The position numbers were made by a program, and so were the translations under genes. Under the pieces are notes generated by a model. That model had not been told where the DNA came from. It was given only the letters and a program-made list of their open reading frames with translations, and ran no database searches. A DNA stretch of 64,000 nt from Geosiphon pyriformis uo1 (Eukaryota; Fungi; Glomeromycota), in NCBI GenBank assembly GCA_016748015.1, contig JAAOMT010000706.1, forward strand, positions 110,764 through 174,763, read 5' to 3'. Shown in pieces: positions 12,473 to 27,200 of the stretch (position 1 is the first letter of the stretch; the number at the start of each line of letters is the position of its first letter).

Positions 12473-14673
12473 TCATAGAATAACGGGAATCTCTAATCCT
12501 TCATCCGTATATTTACTCGCCAAATCCCAATAATGCTCGGATTTGTATTTTCTTAAATAATCACGGGCAATTTTTTCAGTCGGGCAAGTTTTGAACCAGA
12601 ACCCTTTAAAGGCTCTTTCCTTGGATTGCCCTTCCCATAAAAGTATACATTTGTTTTCTTTGGGCGGTTCCATCGAATCTTCGGGAATTTGTTCGCTATT
12701 GATGCTTTCACCCAAGCGAGTGGTGTCCGACCAGTTTATGCGTCTTAACATAAGCTTTTTATAGTATTTGATCGCTTTTGGCCCACCTTCAACCACAATT
12801 AAACTGAAATTAGGATTGATGATGACAGTTCCAGTAAGTTCAAGTTGTTGAGCATTCTGATCAACTTTATACTTCATTTTCGGATGGGAAAGATCATTGA
12901 CTCTTTAATATGAAATTTTGATTTAGACATTAATTTATTACATTAGGTTCGATAAAACTCGAAAACTTACTTGAATACACAGACAATTGTGGCTTTTTTC
13001 GAATCCTCTTCCATTTTCTGTCTCATTTTTTCCTTTCTTTGCTCAGCTGTTAATTTACGTTCTTCGTTAGTTTTAAGATGAGTTTCTTGACGTTTTTGCA
13101 TTTCTTTGCGCACTTGAGCTTCAACTTTCGTAGGATCCTGTATAGCATCATTGGTGAGGACGCGCATTAGGTTGCTCAATTTGACTATTTTGGGGCCGAA
13201 TCAGAATTTATTGAACATTAAAAACAGTTTTTGTAGATTAAAATTTTTGGACAAACTCGTAATTCAAAAACCTTTTGGTTGATCAGCTGGTAATAAGCCC
13301 AAACGAATTTTGTCTTGTTTTTCCTTTTGTAGTTCTAGTCGTTTCTGTTTTCGTAGCTTTTTTTGTTCCTGTAAAAAATATTGGAAATTCAGAAAATGTC
13401 AGACATTGGCGATTCACTTGATTTGTTAGAAATTACCTTTTTGGTTAAAATTAAGGGCTTTGGGGCTGGTGGCCCAGTATCACTAGGTGTTTTGATCGGA
13501 ACTGGATGCTGAACATACATTGTGACAATTGAATCGTCATCATCAATTTTAGCTACTCCAGCATCAATGTCATCATAAGTTTTATTAGGAAGAAACGGTA
13601 TATCCCACCATTCTATATTTGGTGGGGGTTCTCTCTGTAGGTAATATTTGACATGAGATTGGTTTATACTGAGATATTTGAATCATAAATAAATTAAAGC
13701 ACTTGAAATACCTTTATTGCTTTGTCTGAAACATCTAATTCAGTTTCCATGCCAGCTTTTTTTACATTTTGCGCAATGTCTTCGATCAATTTTTCCAATT
13801 TGGCCTAATGAAAGGTGAATAGTTTGTAAAGGGTTTAGCGAGAATCATACGACCGAGGCAAAAAACAAAAAATAATGATTACCTGTGCTCGCATCTGGTT
13901 TCCTATAATTTCGAATTTCCCTTTTTGTATAAATTTGAATCGTTTACGACCGCGTCGTTTTGGCCCTGTTGTGCCAGCTCCAGCCCTAGGATCGTAATAG
14001 GGGTTATGAACGACAGCAGCTACATCTTCAATCGGCGATATCAATTTATTTGACTCTTGTTTGAGAGCGGCTGGAGCGGCTCGTTGATTTGCCTGTGAAG
14101 GCGAACAAATAACAGCATTATATTCTGTAATTGAGAGAAAGGATGTGTGCATTAAATGGATCGATTGAAATAGATTTGTAAAAATGTTAAAACTTTGATT
14201 ATTTACCTTGACGGTGGCGAAATTAGGCTTGGGTATTAAAGCAGAGGCTTTCGTCAAAACGAGGTTTCCACTTTGATCTAAGAGAAGAGCAGGATGGGCT
14301 TCTACTTTCAAACCCCCTTTAGCCTTAGCCGAATCAATTGTAGATTTTGCCAAGGAACTAGTGGATGGCTTTATAATGATGACCAAAAAACAACCTCAGT
14401 AATAGATAAGTAATTTAATAAAAAATATGACAAGACAGAATCTTATACCAGGTAAGGATTGGCCTTTGCTAAGTTGACTTTGATACGTTCTTTTGCTTCT
14501 TGAATCTTGCGTTGAAGATCAGGATCTATACCAACGCCAAATTGAGGAATTGGAGGAGGTTGAGGGGGCAAAGTAACATGAGATGAGCTTGTTGATTGTG
14601 GCTGAGAAAATTTAGGAAAAGCAGCCATTTTTGCAGCTATTTCGGCACGCTTCCGGGCAAGAATTTCATCCAT
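12473..14673 (-). CDS. PRP3: U4/U6 small nuclear ribonucleoprotein Prp3; 8 exons (14673-14449, 14368-14207, 14092-13883, 13804-13712, 13634-13437, 13368-13272, 13184-12971, 12902-12473)
   Basis: Prp3 motifs NPYYDPR, FKFIQKGKF, PNIEWWD, YVQHPVPI, LTKKEQKKLRKQKR, IRLGL...PKVKLSNLMRVL, QDPTKVE, KVDQNAQQLELTG, VVEGGPKAIKYYKKLMLRRINW and C-terminal EHYWDLA. All introns are GT-AG and in frame. Confidence 0.96.
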
Positions 14674-15514
14674 TTTTCAAAACCTTTCTGAAAATGCATG
14701 ACAATGAAACAGTAAGTTTAAATAAACAGTTGTGACGTCATTAGTCATAAAATAATAAATTTGATTTTTATTCTATATAAACAATTTGTCACAAATTGGA
14801 TTTAAATAAAAATATAAAAATTTTTGTTTTAATGAATATAATTCTTTTAAACTACTTAAACCAGCTAAAATTATATTAATCAAATTCACAAAACATAGAT
14901 GGCTAAAATATTATCAAAAAACAACACATTTATTATTAAATTACAAATTTTCATAATAATTTTTTTTATTGTTTTAACAAATTATAATTTTTTTACTATT
15001 AATTTTAATTATATAAAATTATTATAAATGTGAATTATATGTTTTTAATATGTAATCAGTTATTTAAATATATGTTAATAAATAAATAATTTATTTTTTA
15101 AATTAAACCTATTTATTTTTTTTATCTAATTTTTATAATTATTTAAAGTTTGTTTATTATAAACATATTTTATTATTTAAATTTTTATTGATTTTTTATA
15201 AAATTTTATTTTATTTTTTTGTAAATTTTATGTACTAAAAATTTTGTAAAACTAATTACAATAAAAATTTTTTATTAAATTTTATAAATAAGACTTAAAT
15301 ACAATTTAATATAAATATTAAAAAAACATAATCTAAACTAAATGTAAATTATGTACTGTTTATACATAACCACTTATTTGGCCAAATAAAACAATATTAC
15401 AGTTTTATATTAATACTAACAATATTATTAATATTTAAAAAAACAAATACAATTTATATATATTAAAATTAATACTAAAATTTTTATCTAAACTTAACAG
15501 TTTAATAATACCAT

Positions 15515-18500
15515 TGTTATAAATAATTATTTGGGGTGTTAAAATAAATAACAAATTTGTAATTTAGTGTTTAATAACTGAAAATATTGGTAATTTCTAA
15601 AAATTTTAGAGTTTAAAGATTTTGATTAAGTTTTTTGTATAATGAACAAAGATTCAATTGATAGTTTTATTTTATGAATTTTTTTTTCAGCATAATAATC
15701 AGTTTATTTTGGCAGTTATACCTTTTTGGTAAGCTATTCTTAAATTTTTATCCTTGTTTTCAGATCTTTTATCAAGTTATTTTTGATATTAATTACTTAA
15801 TATTTAATTCTTTAATCAATTAATAAACAACAAAAAAAAAATAAAAAAAAAATAAGAAAAAAATAAGAAATTAATATTTTATTAATAGCTATAATCAAGA
15901 GTTATTGGTTCTAATATGATTAAGTATTGGATTTTATTAACATAAAATGTTAATAGTATAAAATAAATTAATATTTTTTTAATCAAGTGATAATAATATG
16001 AATTCAAATAATAATAAATATTTTATTAATATAAATATAATTTTATTTTAAGTTATAAAATATATTTTTTAAAGAAAGAAGTATTGTTGTTCTGAACTAA
16101 ATTGTTTGCTTTTTTTGCTTTTAATACTCTTATTATATATATATAATTCATATTATATGAAATTTTTTGAAAATTTTCAATTTTTTTGAAAGAAATTCTG
16201 GAATTTTGTAATTTTGTAATTTCTTGAAAAAAATCCTGAAATTTTTTTTTTTATTATGTTTATTTTTAATTGGCTATTTTATCTACTTATTATAATTCTT
16301 AATTTCTATAAATAATATTATTTTCTCTTTTTAATATTGAGCTCTGTTAAAATTTCTTTTTTGGATTAGCTTTATAACTTTTTTTCAAGAATTGTTTTTG
16401 TAATTTTGGTTTACAATTCTTTAAATTGGATATTGATTAATTTTTCTAGTTGATTAATAGTTACTATACTTATTTCTAAGTGTAGAAATATTTCTAGCTA
16501 GTTCTGAAATTTTATTTGTAGTTAGTAAATGGCTTTTATATATATTGTTACAGATGATTATTTGGGGTTTCAATTCAAATAACAAATCTGTAACTTGGTG
16601 CTCAGTAACTAATTTAGTAGATGCTATTAGTACTATTGGTATGTTGCTGTTATTTGAAGGTTTTGGTTGAGTCTTTTGTATAATGAACAAAGATTCAATA
16701 ATTGTTTTCAGTAGCCTCCTGGAATCACAATTCCATCAAATTTCTTTCTCAGCATGATGACTGATAATCCTCCTGGTAAGCTATCCTCAAATCTATGAGT
16801 ATTCTACCCTTGTTTCATAAGTCTTTTACCAGTTCCTATGATGTCTGTATCTCAGCACTTTCCCTTTAATCAATTAGTAAACAACAAAGAAAAAAAAATA
16901 AAAAGAAAAGAAAATAAGAAATCAGAAATAAGCCAAGACAATAATAGTTAGTATTCTATTAATAGCCATAATCAAGAGCTATTGTTCTAATATAGTTAAG
17001 TATCAATTACTATCAATATAAAGTGTTGATAGTGGAAAGTGGATTAGAGATAGAGAATAATTATTTATTAATATTTGTGAGTTGGAAGATTGCTTGGATT
17101 AAATCTAAACTAAGAGGTCTTTAACTTTAAGATTCTGCCTTTTTTTTTTCTAATACTACTGTTATATATACATAATTGAGATTCTTTAATTTCTTAATTT
17201 CTTACACCAGAAATTCTGGAATTTCTGGAATCCTACAATTCCTTGTATGAGAATTCTGAAATTTTTGGAATCCTGCAATTCTTCTAAAAAAAATCCTGAA
17301 ATTTCACATTTACTACAGTTACTTCTGATTGACTAATTTATACTAATATATACTTTCTATATTCTATGAGTAACAATATAAGTAAATTGCTTTTTTTCAT
17401 AATTTATTCAATTTGTTGTACTATAATTGAATCAAACATCCTTTTGGTTTTATTTATATATAAATTCTGAATATTTGGTTTTTGTTTTAACTGATAATAA
17501 CAGAAATTTTTAGAAATTTGTTGTGTTTATTGGTTCTAATTTTTTAAGATAAATTTTTTATTTGGTTTTAATATTCTTGAAATTTTTAATGTTTTTTTTA
17601 CTTTTTTCATTATTTTGTCTACTGAATTTCCAAAAATATAATATTTGGAGTATTGTTTTTTACTTTGGAATCTTTGAATTATTTTCTTGTTTTTATATTA
17701 TATTGTTTGTTTGTTAATAGTAACTTCAAGACTCAATTTTTAATGTTAGATAAATTGTAAAAGTTGTATTAATAAGCAAATATTGTCAATAATTTCTATC
17801 TTTATTATTGTTTTTATTATATGTATTGGTTTTTTATATATTGTTTTGATTAATCAATTTAATGTGTTTGTTTTAAGATTATGATTAATTCTAAATTTTG
17901 TAGAATCTCATTTGGTTTAATTGGTATTTATTGTACTCTTAATTGTAAAATATTACTAATAGATAATATTACTATATTGTAATATGATTTTAGTTAATTA
18001 TTATGTGCTGCTTTGGCTAAGATTTTATTGTTCTATCTTAACTTATATGTTCTATTTTCTAGAATTTTTTCAATGTAAAATGACCCATCCTATTTGGAAT
18101 CAAATTTTCCACTTTATTGTTTTTTTGCTTTGGTATAATATAAGAATATTTTGTTTTCTATTCTAAATTTGACTGATTTATTTGGTAACTGATTGTCATG
18201 TTATTTTTTTTGTTTTGTTTAAGACTTTTGTATATTATTAACTGTTTTTTGCCTTTTATTTTCTAGAGTTTTTATTAAGTTATATGTTTTTTTCAGCAAT
18301 GTTTCTTAGAAATTGGTTTCTGTTATTAATTCAGTTAAATATATATTGATATTTATTTTAATTGATATTATGGCTGTTCTATTATAAACTAGTTTAAATA
18401 ATATTACTTGTGTAATATTTTGTTTTATTGTCCAATAAACAAATAATATTAATAATATAAACAAATTCTATTTATTTTGGTTTTTTTGGTTGATTTTAAT

Positions 18501-19423
18501 TATTGTTTTACATAGTGCTTTGTTAAATTTTTTGACTAAGCTATTAGTTTATAGATAATATAAAGATAATAATAGTCATTTAATTTCAAATTTCAAATTT
18601 AATTTTATTAATATTCTGTTTACAAAGTGAGTTTTCTAATCTAATAACAATTTTTTTAGACATTTATGTCGACAAATCAAATCTTAATATATGAATTTGG
18701 CTATGAATTTTGCATTTGTTCTTTAAATTGTTTTTGTTTTTGGTTATTTTGTGAGATAACCTATGACTATTGCTATATATCAGTTGCTTTTATTGGTTAT
18801 TGTCAATAATCTAACTAAGTCAATTTCAATTTAATCAAATAGTTGTCTTATTTTGATTGGTTTTAGTGATTTATTAAGTCTTATTCTTTTTTTTTTCTAA
18901 TAAGCATCACAACTTTGAATATATTAGATAATATTTTGATATATTAATAATTAATAATATTTTTTTTTGGTTTTTTTTATGATTGTTTTTTTATAAAAAT
19001 GTCTTATAGTTGAATTTAAGTACATGTTAAACAGTATTGTTTTTTTTCTGATTTTATAATTACTCTGATTGGCTGATTTAAATTTTTTCTGTTTTTTTGA
19101 TATATTATATTTTAGTAATTGATAAAATATTTTGATTGTTGTTTTGTTCTTTTTGAGATAATTTCTTTTTGAACTGTTAAGTATTAATATAATATTAGAG
19201 TTGTTAATATTTTTGTATATTTATTTTTTGTTATATTTTTGGATTGAAATGTTTTAAATTTGTCTTATTTATAACAAACTGTTAACATTTTTATTTTCTT
19301 TTCTCTTTTTATAATCTATAGTATAATTAAATAATGATAGTTCTATTTTTCATTTTGTATGGCAATTATTTTCAAATTTTTGCTTCTGAATTAATGTCAA
19401 TCTCATGTAATCAGTATATATAT
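15515..19423 (-). mobile_element. Heavily mutated Ty3/Gypsy relic D1 (3' LTR 15515-16317, 3' ORF, integrase, part of RNase H); 5' part missing
   Basis: LTR TGTTAT...AATAATA aligns with the solo LTR at 16546. Polypurine-tract (PPT) complement at 16318-16332. The internal sequence is colinear with 52208-53496 and 61156-62140 and with the integrase of element A. Confidence 0.75.
16546..17375 (-). mobile_element. Gypsy solo LTR (830 bp) inserted in D1
   Basis: TGTTACAG...GAGTAACA termini; ATAT duplication at 16542-16545 and 17376-17379; host sequence resumes colinearly. Confidence 0.85.
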
Positions 19424-22400
19424 TGTTACTTATAAAAAAAGCATACAAAAAAATAGTAAAAAAAACAAATAAACCAATAGGAAAATAATAACTAATATGT
19501 AAGCACATTGCTTAAAAAATTATAGCACATTGCTTGGGAATGTAAGTGATCTTGTAGAACTCAAATTATGTATATATAACAAGAGTATTAGAAGCAGAAA
19601 AGACAGAATCAATACCAAGATCACCTCATTAAAAACATCTTGGTTAGAATTATCAATATTAATAAAATAATTATTCACTATTCAAATCTTTTTTTCCACT
19701 ATTAACACTTTATATTGATAATATTTAATACTTGATTATACTAGAACAATAATTCTTGATTATAACTATTAACAGGATACTAATATAAATTGCCTTGGCT
19801 TAAATTTCTTCTTTATTTTATTTTTTTTCTTTTATTTTGTTTTGTTATTATTTACTAATTGATTAAAAATTAAATATGCAGAGTTATTAATATTAAAGTA
19901 ACTGGTAAAAAACCCAGGAATAAGAGTAGAACACTCAAAAATTGAGAATAGCTTACCAAAAAGATTACTGGCCATTATACTAAGAAAAAAATTTGACAGA
20001 ATTGTAATTCTGAAAAGTGATAGATAAAAACAACACTTAAATCTCTGTTTATTATACAAAAAACTCAACCAAAACCTTTAGATAATACTAATACTGTCAA
20101 ATTATTGAGTACCAAGTTATGAGTTTATTATTTGATTTGAGACTCCAAATAATCACCTGTAATATTTGGTGCTCCTTATGAGGTATAATTCTACAGAGAA
20201 CTAGTACTAACAACAATCATCCAAAAGTGGCAGAATTAGAAAAAATAGGGACAAACCATTTAAGATTCACCAAATTTTTATTTTAATATTACTGTCAACA
20301 CTTGAAATTAATCAACAATCACTTATTAGCAGAATTAGTCTTTAATTTCTACATTAACAAGAAAATTTCTTATTTTCTAAAAGCATCAGTAAATATTGAA
20401 TCAACAAGAAAAAACTTTTACAACAAATTAATTTGAAACACCAGTCTATCAATAAATCATAATTTTACATCCATTATTACTAAAATCAATCGAGAAATTA
20501 AAAATCACACTCAACAAAGATATCCAATAATCTATGCAAACAAAAGCAAGGGAAAACTACAAACACCAGCAATAACTCCTTAAAAAATACAACTACCTAC
20601 TTAGAAGAAAACAAAAGTTGAATCACCAACTCATCCATTATACTACTATATACTTAGAAGTGCCATTAATATTTTATTAACAGGCACATCCACATTAAAC
20701 ACAAAAACAGTATCAGCCCAATTTTTATTTTAAAGTAAACAAAAAAAAGCAGAGTTATTGGGAACTTATAATGATTATTTTAAAGAATTTAATTCATGAT
20801 TACCAATGTTATCAGAATTTTAATTATTACTACCTTAGCCAGATTTCAAAACTGTTAGTCTTTAAAAAATAATGGAATCAGAAAAAAAGAAAGACAAAAA
20901 TCAGGAATTTAATTACCAAAACCCAATTCCAGAAAATGCAAAAATTCAAACTCTAATTGTTTCAACTCAGCAAAATCAGAACAATTCAAAACCTGTCATT
21001 ATTAATCAATCAAACTTACCTTTAAAAATCATAATTAATTCACCCTCAATTGTACCAATTGTCATACAATCTTAGCTGCAACCCAATCTCAACAACAACC
21101 AAACCTACCACAACAACTAATCGCAGTACTAATAGCCTATGCACCAATCACCAAACTGGAAAAATTTACTGACAAAGAGAATAATGTGTAAATATGGCTC
21201 AATAATATGAAAAAAGCCATTGTAGCCAATGGATGGAATGATGTCAGAGCATTATAGATGATTTTATATTTTCTTCAAAATATTGTTAATTCATAATATT
21301 AAAGTCTAATCCAAAAACCCCAAGATTTCAATGCCTTCAAAGTTGAATTTTTGAAATATTTTAGTAATAATAATAGCATTAATTGTCTGGTCAATACTTT
21401 TACAATTATCAAACAAGAAGAAACTGAAGCAGTTACTACATACTTAGAATGTTTTCATAGAAACCTATGCCAAATACAAGCAATTAACACAAACTACTAC
21501 TGTATTGCAAATATTAAATCAATTTATTCATGGCTTGTGTAATAGTTTTCTACAACAAATATGTTTAATGTATTTATAAACACTTTATGATATCATCATT
21601 CATGTTAAAGATTTTAAATTAGCTGAACTTGAAGCCAATTACACTTAAGCCATTAATCTAGTAATAAATGGATCATCTGAATTGGATTTCAAATTAAAGC
21701 AATTCAATAATTCAATTAATCAAAAATTAGAAAAATACTTAACTAACAATAATTTAGTCATCTATCAATTATCACAATGCTGTGACAATTGCAGAACCTA
21801 CAATTAGCACCAAAATCAGTCACATTTTGCATCAAATCAACTATTATGACAACAAAAACCATGTATTTGCCACAATTGTAATAAACAAGATTACATCAGA
21901 ATTGACTGCTATTATAATAGTAATTTACAATCAGAAAATCAATATTAAAACTTCAATTGCTGGTTTCAAACTCCAAATTATTTACCAAATTAAGATTAAT
22001 ATCAACCCTATTATTTTTAAATAATACAACAGCCAATATACATATCTCCAATCTATCAAACACCAGTTCTAGTTATTTATTAATCATAGCCATCAGTAAT
22101 TTATCAACTCTAGTCTATTTTAATACTGTCACAAAACTCAGCTCAAATGTCATCTGGAAACCAAAGACTGAAAATTACACAGATACATCAAAACTGGAGA
22201 TTGGTAATGGTAATTCACCAACTGATCTTTAGTTTATTAAGATCTTACCAATAAAGTTTGGAAACTGGATATAATCAAAACCCAAATTCCCAAAACTATT
22301 TAAGTCTCTTGGTTATTCCAGAAAACACCAAATTCAGTAAACAGAAATCCAATCAAATCCAACTATTCAACAATATACTTTTAGTTATCATCACAGAAAA

Positions 22401-23185
22401 TGAATCACTTACCATTATCTTTTTCTTTGAATTAGAAGAACCAGTCAAAATGCTAATATTCAGTAGAACTGCCCTTAAATCAAAACTTATCACTGTAATG
22501 TATACAGATGTCAAGGTTGATAGTCAATTCATCAAACTGATTCTAGACAGTGGATTAGCCAGCAGCATTATTACACAACAACTTATGAACCAATTAGGTC
22601 ACTGAGTTAATTGTACTGCCAATACCAAAATTATTATAATGGATAGAACAACCAAAACTCCTATTGGTGAAATTAACAACTTTCCTTTTAAAATCAATGA
22701 TATTATTACACTCATTAAGGTATTAGTAATAGAAGCCACTCAATACTAAGCATTAGTTAGTAATAACTGGCTATCCAAAACTAATACAGTACTTAATTGG
22801 ACCACATAAAAGCTTCAGCTTAATCAAAATAGTCAGTATACATAAGTATTGGCCATCTGCAGACACTTCAAATCTAACATACCAGCACCACTAATAGAAT
22901 TGAAAAAAAAAAAAACCTATTTGAGAAGCCTACTATATTTCATAAGTTAACAATGACTATAATGAATTGTCATCAATTTTCTTCTGAAATAACAAAAGAA
23001 AAGGAAAAGAAAAAAATAAGCCACAAGAAAATATTACCATCAGTAAAACTACTAGTGATTAAGAAAAATTTTATTCAATCAACACCAGACCAAAGCCACC
23101 ATATATTCCACTTAAGTACAAGGATTACAAGAAAAACTGTCCTCTATAGGAGCCTAAGTTGTATCTGATGAAGATTACTGGACAT

Positions 23186-24267
23186 TGTTACCTGAGTAGA
23201 AAAACCGATCCAAAGTTATAAAAAAACATAACTAAAATGTGACATAACACAGAATAATGCGCAATAACGTTGAATAACACATTATAACGTAGAATAACAT
23301 GTTATAACACAGAATAATACAGAATAGTGTGCAATAATGTAGGATAACGTGTTATAATGCAGGATAACACAGAATAACATGTAATAACATCAAATAATGT
23401 GTTATAACATAGAATAATTAGTGATAACATAGAAAAATGAAGCAATAACAGAAACAACAAAGCAATAGCTAGCGATAGTGAGACAATTGAAAGCAATCCT
23501 GTAAAACCAAAAAATGTATAAAAACAAGTAGTTGTAGAAGTGAGAAAAAACAGACAGATAGATACAAACCTCTAGACCAGAATTAAAATATCCATACCCT
23601 TTTATCCTTTATTATCTTCCCTATTTCATCTTCTGAAATAAACCAATTATTAAAGAAATCAGAATTACGAATTCATGTTTTTGAACTTCATAGAATTTAC
23701 GTGAATTAACCCTTATCTCGTACTTCCATTCTAGAACAGATGCTCTTAGCCTAACTGCCTCGAACCTATTAACAATTTGGACCAATCGCTCTTAATCACA
23801 GTGATTAACAATACTAATTTATTTTTTTTCTCTTTTCTTTTTTTTTCTTTTTCTTTTTTTTTCTTTTTTTGTCTTATTTTTGTGAAGCAGCAACATAGTA
23901 AAATCGACTGTCTGGGAATAGACTTCGTAATAGCCTGGTAAAAGAGGGAAGCTCCCCCTAAGTTTTGGATATTAACATTATCTTGTTAGCTTACTAGAAG
24001 GGTGAAAAGACAACACCAGACCTTAACGACTGTGCTCATTAGCTCGGAGAAGAAAGCTCACATTTACAAAAAATGTTGTAATCAACGAAAGACAAACTCT
24101 GTGCCTTATAATCAAAGAACTCAATGGGTAAAATTCACATCCAGAAATAGATCTTTAAAGACTGATAATCAAGACTAAGCCAACAGAATTATGCGGAAGA
24201 CGCATCATCAATAATTGAGAGCACCAAACATTACCATTTCCTATACCCACCAAGTTTACCCATAATA
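23186..24267 (+). repeat. 5' LTR of element A
   Basis: TGTTAC...CATAATA; direct repeat of 33185-34267; TATA-like TGTATAAAA at about 23515. Confidence 0.95.
23244..23433 (+). repeat. 19 x 10-bp tandem array (consensus ATAACRYRNN) in LTR U3; second copy at 33243-33432
   Basis: Exact 10-bp register: ataacacaga ataatgcgca ataacgttga ataacacatt ataacgtaga ataacatgtt ... Confidence 0.9.
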
Positions 24268-24269
24268 TT

Positions 24270-24288
24270 TGGTGCTCCTTGTGAGGTT
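24270..24288 (+). promoter_or_regulatory. Primer-binding site TGGTGCTCCTTGTGAGGTT
   Basis: Two nt after the LTR end. Complementary to a tRNA 3' end ...CCUCACAAGGAGCACCA, resembling tRNA-Ile(UAU) or elongator tRNA-Met rather than initiator Met. Confidence 0.85.
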
Positions 24289-27200
24289 ATAAATCCACAG
24301 AGACAGAGCACCCCCAAAAATACATAAAAGTGGTGACTATTGGAACAATAGGAAAGGACCACTTCTCATACGGAAAAGCACTATTTCAATACTTTCAAAA
24401 AGACCTAGAAATACCAGCAGAAACTGCTTATACAGAAAGTGATTTTTGTAACTATATCAATGCAAAAATTGACTGCTTGTTAGGCTGCACAACTGATACA
24501 GGAAGACTTGAAAAACAAATTCATCAAAGCTTACTAGGGTACTCAACAGCCACGACTACTCGAGCAATTGCTGAAACTCTGCGCATAATCGATACAGACA
24601 TTAAATATTACATGGCACAATGATTCCCTCAAGTACAACAACCAGTGGAATCTGATCCTGAAGAATATGAAAACAAATTCAACAACCCCGTAACTGCCCA
24701 AGCCAAGTCCATGGTCAACAAGAAACCAAGAAACTTCTCCCTAACAACTCCATCATACCATCAGACACCCCAAAGTAGAATTATATTCAACCCACCCTCA
24801 GAAACCCAGTTAGAAACACCACAAACTCTTGGAAATCCACACTCTTGGAATCAACACAGTTGGACCAAATCACTAGGAGAATACAGATTGCTGTTTGGAA
24901 ATCTTACCTTAGCAAATAGTCAAACAGAAAGAAACCCATCAACTTGGGAACAGCCACCAGCACAAAACCTAGTAGAATCAGCATCTCTCCTGATGGAAGA
25001 AACAGCTATCTTACAACTTATTGGTTCAAGTGACAAAGGAAAGCAACCAGCATTAGCATCCAGAGAACACTCGAATATACAGACACCAATCCCTTTAAAC
25101 ATAACCAGTAACACCTCACCCATTAACCGGATCATGACTTACTGAGATATCGCTAAATTGGAAAAATTTTCTGGTGAAGAAGATAATGCATATTCTTGGA
25201 TCGCGGATGCCAAGAAAGCAATTATCACTAATGGTTGGAATGACAACCGCACAATTCAGGCACTGCCATTTTTTCTGACCAGAACTGCCAATTCGTGGTA
25301 CCAAAGCCTTGCAGAGAAGCCTACCTCTTTTACCGAATTTAAACTTGCATTTCTGCAATACTTCTGTGACCCCAATATGTTAATCTGATTGCAGAATCAA
25401 TTCAGCATAATTAAACAAAAAGATCACGAAGTAGTAACTACTTATTTCGGATGATTCAATTAAATCCTGCATTAAATATTAGCTATCAAAAGGGACTACT
25501 ACACCATGGTGCAAGTTCTTAATCAATTTATTAAAGGATTGCAGAGTGGTATTCTAAGATCCATAAGACCCTGCCATCCAACCAGTTTACAAGATGCTGT
25601 TGCTCTTGCTCGCAATTTTGAGTCTGCAGAACAAGAAGCAAACCATACTCAAGCCATTAATTTAGCCATTAATGGAACCTCTGACATCAACACAAAAATA
25701 ACCCAATTGAGTGAGAAACTAACTCAGAAAATTGAGAGATTTTTAGCTAGAACTACAGGAACTTACCAACCACACCAACAGAGAGAAAATAACAACAACA
25801 GCAGATACTCATAGCAACAGAACTGTCAGCAACAGCAACAATCTTGGAGATCCGATCCTCGCAACTGTTACTACTGCCAGAAATCTGGACACATCGCCCA
25901 TGATTGCAGAAAGAAGATCATGGACCAAAATAAAGGAAACCCATATCAGCAACCCAAATATCAGCAAAACATGATATCCCAATATTCTCTACCTCAGAAT
26001 CAACTGTCTTTATATGCACAACAAGTCCCATACACTCAAACACCACTCCAGAATTATTATCAACCACTACCAATGACACAAGCAATCCCTCACTATCAAA
26101 CTTCCCCTTACAGCCCATCCAGATCTCGAGCTATAGACTATAATCAGGGATGGAAGAATCCCAACAACAATTAGGTACAAACCAATAGTGGACTGTCTCG
26201 ACCAATCCCTCATGGTTCTGCCTAATTTTGACCAACACCAACTGGATACCTGAATCAAGCTTCCTATCTTGGTCTTATAGAAAACCAGGGTTTTAATAAA
26301 TCTACACCTGTAGAAAAGGAAGATATAGAACGAATCTCCTAACATTCCAAGCAAACAAAAAGCAATATCCCACCAGCCACTATTACTGAAGACACCACCC
26401 TAGCCACCATATTTCTTTTTGACATCAATAATTTGAACACTCATAGCCTTTTTAGTGAAGCAGCCATCAATCAGGATAAACCAATAACAGTCCTATACAC
26501 CAATGCCAGAGTCGGAGGAATAGACATTAAATTAATCCTGGATAGCAGATTAGCTGGTAGCATAATCACAAAGCAGTTCATAGACCAACTAAGTTACTGA
26601 GTAGACCATGTCACTACTGCCTGGATCATTACAGCAGATGGAAACACAAAAACCCCGATAAGAGAAATTGACAACTTCCTTTTCGAGATTAATGGAATCC
26701 AAATCTCTACCAAAGTACTCGTCATAGAAGCTACTCAATATCAAGCTCTAGTAGGAAATGATTGGTTGTTAAAAGCCAATGCTACTCTCAACTAGAACAC
26801 CCAAGAACTTCAATTCATGTTTAACAGACAGCATGCCCAAGTCCCAGCTATGTGCGGACACTTCAAAACCCAATGTACCAAGGAACCCCTTATTGAATTC
26901 GAAGACACATCAATACCACCAACCATCGAGACCTATCAGGTTTTATAGATGAATAATTATCAAACTGAACTACTCTTACTACCAACCTGGGAAGAAAAAA
27001 GAAAAGGCAGAGCCAAAAAAGAACTCCAATTGTCATCACTAGGATATGTAACCTCGGACCAAAGAAACTTATTTTACCAACCCCTAAGACTAATATGTGT
27101 CAATTGTGGAAAAAAACTATTTACTATGGGCACATGTATTGGGGACAATGAAGAATGGCCCACTGCCACCAAATACTATTGCAGACCTTGTTTACTGAAA

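Noticed and set aside
23244-23433. CRISPR-like array (also the 33-bp repeats at 35873)
   Set aside because: No unique spacers and no cas genes; eukaryotic LTR tandem repeats.
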